64,000 bases of DNA from Protoeuglena noctilucae (Eukaryota). Below the pieces are notes generated by a model, which was not told the origin of the DNA, did not search any database, and worked only from the letters and a program-made list of their open reading frames with translations. This document shows, piece by piece, positions 58,518 to 64,000 of this stretch. Where the stretch lies: NCBI GenBank assembly GCA_958009085.1, contig OY253687.1:372001-436000 (forward strand), written 5' to 3'. A program made the translations under genes and the position numbers. Within the stretch, counting starts at the first letter, position 1. Each line of letters begins with the position of its first letter.

Positions 58518-59111
58518 GGAGGGAAGGGGCTGCCTTGGCTATCATGCCTCATGACGCCATGAAGACACAGGGCCGGGTGTCCATGCAGCGGGGCCGGACT
58601 CTTGGCGTGGGTTGGGTGGGATAGCTGTCAGGGTACATGTGCGCATATGATGGCGCAATCGTGTGGTGCGTTCAACAAAGGTGCTTTTTAGAGCTCATCG
58701 TTTCATTCACTTTCATCTGGGCCCAGCGATGACACCTATGACGACCCATCACACCGCAGCAACAGCGTCATAGCTGGGATGGGTTGCGTCTCGACATCCC
58801 TGTGCGCTACACAGGCAGTCTTCGCCAGTTGACGGTGCGCTACAGCAGCCCAGCCTCCGCCAGCTTCTTCCTGCGGGTGTCGGCGACAGTCACAGTCATT
58901 CACAGCTTCACCAGGGCTGGCAACTAATCGCTCATGAGACGCACGAAGGCCCACGTTCTATTCATCGCGCACCCCTTGCATGCCCCCTGGCCTGTACAGT
59001 CTCTATCAGTCACCCACCCGCCTCTTGCAAATCCCGTCACCTGTGCTCCATCAATCACTTACCCCACCCTCCCTCGCCTGTACCCCCTGCCCCTATCCAT
59101 CGCTCTACCAG

Positions 59112-61700
59112 TCACCTGTACCCCTCGTTCTCCTCCTCCATCCTCGTCATCTCCTGATCGAACTTCTGCGTCAACTCCTCCATCTCCGTCTCCAGTCGCT
59201 TGCGGTCGTCCAGAAGCTGCCAGATCATGCCGTCCTGTGGGGACGAGGCGAGAGGGGTCTCTGGGGTCCGTGAGAATGATTATGAACAGAGCTTATGCTG
59301 CACTGCGCACCACCTGCCCCTTTCCAGCCCACCCTTGCCTCCGCCCGCACCAGCACGGCTCACCCCTCACCTCGCCCCACACTACCCGCCTCACCCACCC
59401 ATCAATCCCTCACCTTGATCTGCACCAGCTTCTTCCACGCGGCCATGTGGTCATCCATGTTGGCGTACTGCGCCGCGAACTCGAGCATGTCCGACACGTC
59501 CACCTCGGGGCACGCGGGGGCCGGCTGCGTCGTGATCTTGCGCAGCTCGTCGCAGAGGACGGGGTAGATCCTGCGACGGGGCAACTACAAGCGGGGTTTG
59601 GGTATGAGGGCGATAATATCGAGGTAGATCCTGCGATGGGGCAAGGTGGGGGGGAGTTGTGGGTGGGTGGGGCAGCAAACGACGGGCTATATGCTTATGC
59701 GCACGCAAGGGCCAGCGGGGGGGGCGGGGGTAAGGGGCAGGGTCAGCGGACGTGTAAGCGGCATGCTCAGCACAAGCGAGGGGTTGGCGGGGGACATTGG
59801 TGGCGGGACAGCGAGGGTGCGGCCGGGTCGCCGAACGTGCTGCGGCCTCGCCTGAGGAAGCGCAGCACGTCTTGCGACTGGGTGGGCGCCGTGGCCTCCA
59901 TGATGAACTCCTGGACCTTGGTCAGCTGCTTGCGGACCTCCTCCAAGTGCTTCACGACCTCCTTGGCCTTCTTGTCGGCCACCTCCTGCGGGAGTGGTAA
60001 CAAGGTTGTTGCAACAGGGCAGGGTGGGACGGGCATCAAGGGGTGGGGTAACGGAGCGGGGCGTGTGGGGCGTGAGGCGCTAGGGCAACATTGAGGCAGC
60101 ACGCAGCTGCGTCGCAATGGGATGCTCACGTCCAGTGCCTTGCACGCCTTCTCGACTTCCTTGACCATGAGCTTTTGAGCCTCCTGCATCGGGCACGGAG
60201 CGGGGATGCAATGGTTACCCGTTTCTGCGCTCGCACAGTGCGTCGTCCGTGCAGCAAGCAGTGCGGCTAGCAGTACAGCGGGAGGCACGGGGTGCGTGGA
60301 CTCGTGTGACACGTCATCACACGCGATGAGTCCAGCACCGTACATCACTGTCGAGCCCGGCTCATGCAAGCCGCCCCGCACCTCTTTGCTCTTCTTGATC
60401 TGCTCCACCTTGTGCTGCGTCTTGGCCACGTTGTGAATAAGAGCGTCCCGCTTGGCCAACACCGGGCCGTTGATGCTGTTCTGCAGAGAGCCAATCTGCA
60501 CCGCGAGAGGGCGGAGGGCGGGGCGAGGTCAGCTCACAGCTGCCACACCTGGCCGGGACGGGTGCCATGAGAATGGATGGCAGCGATTCTGGAAAGGTGA
60601 GCATAAGTCACGCCCTCGCTTCACATGCTTCTCATGCGAAGGCATTATTCACTGGCACGATGCCCATGGCGCCCCCCCGTCACCTTGGTCCGGTAGGCAT
60701 CCATCAAATTGAGCACCACGTGACCCTGCTCCTTCAGTTTCTCGACCACGCGCGGCTCGGCGATGATGGGCTGCCCGGCTGCGAGCACGCATGCCATGAG
60801 GGGCATTGGTTGGCGAGCAGCGGCTGCCGGGAGCTGGTGGCTGTGTATGGGGTGGCGCAAGCGCGGGACGAGAGATGGGGCATCGGCGTGGCACGGATGC
60901 GAGAGGGCGCAAGCACATGGGCATGGACCTGCAGACCCAGAGACGGAGGCGGTACTGCGAAACCACGATGAACACACCTGTGTCATCATACAACATGTGC
61001 ACGGAGTCTGGGAGGACGATGCCGGGCACGTGCAGCGCAGGTGGTGGGTCCGCCTCTTCCTCTCGCTTCTTGGGCCTGCGGGGGAGCTGGGCTCGGACTT
61101 TGTCAACATCAAAAGGCGCAGCCCCTGTACCTCTAAACGAGCTGACGGTCGCGCGAACATACAGCTCAGCTGATATGGTGCGAAGGAATTACATGTAAAA
61201 GGCCTCAGCCACTCACGCTGGGCCGCTGAGAGCGCCGGGCAGGATCCCGCCCCACGGGTAGTTCATGTACGGGTGTGACGCGACGAACGTGCCGTCCAGC
61301 GTCCCCTCCGGCTCGTTTTCCGCGGCGGACATCCGCACCGATCCGTACATGGCGGGAAAAAAGCCAGCGGACATTGCCTGCGCGCGGGAGGCCGCTCGGA
61401 TGTACGAACGACGTCACCATGGAACGAGAGCCCCGCGGTCGCCGCAGTGGCGGCGATGGGGGGCCACGGGTGCACCCGCGCATGGACAGGACAGCGAGTT
61501 CGCGGATGCGAATGACGGCGGGGGCGCGGAGCGGGCGGGGGCGGCGCTCGCACCTGCGGCATGAGGCCGACCAAGGGGGGATAGTAGCCCTGCGACGTGG
61601 AGGCCTGTGCGGCGGACGCCGACCGCTCCTCGTGCTCCTTCTCTTTCGAGCGCCCAGCACCCTTGTCCTTGTCCTTCCCCTCCTTTCCTTCCTTGCCCAT
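59112..61700 (-). CDS. Uncharacterised coiled-coil protein (about 9 exons)
   Basis: Frame-consistent exon chain from MGKEGKEG to KDGMIWQLLDDRKRLETEMEE; heptad-rich K/E segments; strong codon bias. Confidence 0.65.
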
Positions 61701-62126
61701 CGCCGCGCCTGCCCCGCGCACGCTGACGAGCGCCCCCGGCCCCCTCCCCGAACCCCGCCGACCCCGCGGTGCGGATGTGCCCGGCGCTAACAGCGAGCGG
61801 TAGTATCCGTTACCGGCCGGTAACACTCCTGGCGCACAAGCGAGCCAAAACAGCTCTGGATTTTTGAAAGAAGCGCTCGATGTTCGGCCTGCCTGTGCGT
61901 CAGACGCTCGATGCTTGACGAGAGCCACGCCTACACACGCGTATTATTGAAAAGATGCACCGCGGAAGGGACACTCGGCCCGCCAAACTGTGAAACGCGC
62001 CAGCCTTGCGCTTGAAACTACGCCACGGCAGCAGTCCTGGCCTTTTGGCGGCTCGAGGCGAGTAGTTTTGTCGCATTCGATTCCCCGAGCGCGGGGCAAG
62101 CGCTGCGGCGCGTGCACTCATGGACT

Positions 62127-63193
62127 TCAAACCCCGTACAGGTCGCGCAACGCGGCAACCCGGGCACCCACACCCTCTTTGGCGTCGTCTGGTACTGCAG
62201 GGGATGCAGGCGATGAGCTATAGCCACGGCACGTCGGCATCACGCGCAGATGCAACGCACATCGCACACGTCCAGGCCTCACCGCTCTCCATGAGGCCTC
62301 GCACGGCGTCCTTCGCGGCACGCGAGATGAGCTTGACGTTGAGGGAGAACCGGCCCCCCTGCGCCAGCGCCTCCATGTAGCCGAGTGCGGCGCTGCCGTG
62401 CTCGGGTGAGCTGCGCCCGAACTCCGCGAGCGCCACCAGGATTTCCGACAACAAAGGCCCGTTAATCTCCACCTTGAATATACTGCGTCGAATGCGGGGT
62501 TCCAGGCGGCGCGTCGGGCCCTGCGCGGTCCTGGATGCGAGCGCATCGCAAATGTGGAACGGCCGTGCCACGTGCCTGGAAATGTTCTCGACACCGCACA
62601 AGTCCAGGTACGCCATCTTGTCCTGCACCGTCTTGCAGTGCCTCCGCCAGTCCCGCTGGAACTCGGCAGCGTTCGCGGGCCGCTGGAGGGTCGTCGACAC
62701 CGACGCCTCTATTCCCGTCGCCGCGCGCGCGGCCTCTCCCACCTCAATCCTGCAATCGCGAAGCACAGTATGCGTATTCTCAATCACCATGCAGCTGACA
62801 GACGCGCCACGGATTGCACGGACGGCCTGCGGGGGCCTGCGCTTGTCACCGTGACCCATCCGGGCCGAGCACCCAGCCCCGAGAGGGACCCTCGGAGGTC
62901 GCCTTCTTCCCGTCATTGATCGGTCGCAAGTGCGCCGCAGCGACCATGTTCTTGAACGTGTCGTAGTCGGCGAACTGGGCCACGGCGCGGAACTGCGGGG
63001 GCGCACAGGAAGGAAAGGCCGTTCCTTGCCTCGTCGGACCATCCTGCAGGGTCCCTTGCAATCTACACGCCGCGCTCAGTGCCACGCGCGTCACCTTCGC
63101 GTCGTTCTGGGCCTGCTTGAGGAAGTCGTCGTGGATGGCGTTCTGCAAAGCCTTGGAGACCTTGGGAGGCCTCTTAACCTCGCCTTCCGCCAT
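62127..63193 (-). CDS. CCDC103: CCDC103/DNAAF19 axonemal dynein attachment factor
   Basis: NDAKFRAVAQFADYDTFKNMVAAAHLRP (dynein attachment N domain), PANAAEFQRDWRR, IFKVEI, GRFSLNVKL (RPAP3_C). Confidence 0.9.
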
Positions 63194-63515
63194 GTCCGAT
63201 CAGCTTGGATATGAAGAAAGCTGCAGAGGTGATGGATGGGCCAAAGAGAACTTGCAAATGCAAATGGCGATCCTTCTGCGATGACTGGAAGATATCCGGC
63301 AGATTTCCGATGCAGTGGAGGATCGCCTCAGCAACAAAGACACATCAGTGGCACCTCCGGATCCAGGGAGCCCCATTTGGTACGCGAGGGAGGAAGGGCC
63401 GGCAGTGAAACCGCATGTACTGTCACGCTCAAAGGCCGCGAGCGGTGCTCGCGTTGGCAGATGACAGAGACACCGTCGAGAAATGAGTGGCTGGGCGCCT
63501 CGCCGGCTGGCGACG

Positions 63516-64000
63516 ATGAGCATTCGTAAATTCCTGGTGCCCCGAGCGGTCGAGGGCGTACCGGCTTCGAAGAAGCCCCGGCTGGCGGATACCAGGGATA
63601 GAGACGGGGATAGAGACGGGGCAGGAGCGTCGACGCGCAGCGGACAGCAGTGCGTGGACGGCCGCCCGGGGCGCACGCAGCTGGGGGACGGCGCTTGGGT
63701 GGACTTCGCACCAGGCCGGTTGGCAGACCCGCACGGCGAGATCTTTCGGATATTAGAGCAGGAGATTGACTGGAAGCATGTACGTCTTCGCGTGTTTGGA
63801 AGGGAGGTGGACCAGCCTCGGTGAGTTGGTGTGAGCAACAGTCACGGAGCAGGGAGCGTGCTTGCAACGCGCGTCCCCATGCAAGCACCAGCTTCGCTCC
63901 CCAGGCTTGTCTGTTACATGGCCGACCGAGTTCCAGGCAGGGACATGAGCTATTCGTATTCAGGACTCTCGCTGGAGCCGCAAGTAAGGGATCAAGGCAC
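63516..64000 (+). CDS. ALKBH2: AlkB homolog 2/3 DNA dioxygenase, 3'-truncated
   Basis: LEQEIDW..VFGREVDQPR|LVCYMAD..YSYSG. Confidence 0.8.

Overview
GC-rich, intron-containing eukaryotic DNA, most consistent with a flagellated green alga (plastid-targeted ABC1K7, OxR-like and Tat-lumenal proteins; axonemal dynein factor CCDC103). About 26 compact, spliced housekeeping genes can be reconstructed by hand: ABC1K7 (partial), NERD1-like FG-GAP protein, myristoylated acidic protein, cytochrome b5-like protein, OxR-like protein, NDP-glucose 4,6-dehydratase, mitochondrial KAS, EF-hand protein, HSP60, PTH2, MnSOD, STR6-like rhodanese-FSH1, TatD, CCA-adding enzyme, beta-helix protein, dienelactone hydrolase, thioesterase, Vps39-like, ZNF474-like, PIG-Q, RING-H2, GPN2, cis-prenyltransferase, a coiled-coil protein, CCDC103 and ALKBH2 (partial). 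I found no CRISPR array, rRNA, tRNA or transposon. The unusual signal is in intron architecture. (1) About 20 junctions have degenerate 20-55 bp 'echo' copies of their own exon/intron boundary inside the adjacent intron, often in arrays and often differing at CpG sites. (2) At least 8 GC-AG introns all read AG|GCGAG. (3) Many introns are G-rich at the 5' end and C-rich at the 3' end, and a shared strand-oriented 12-bp minisatellite recurs. (4) GPN2 and the cis-prenyltransferase are only 42 nt apart, which makes them a bicistronic candidate. All gene models are manual and unverified by transcripts.
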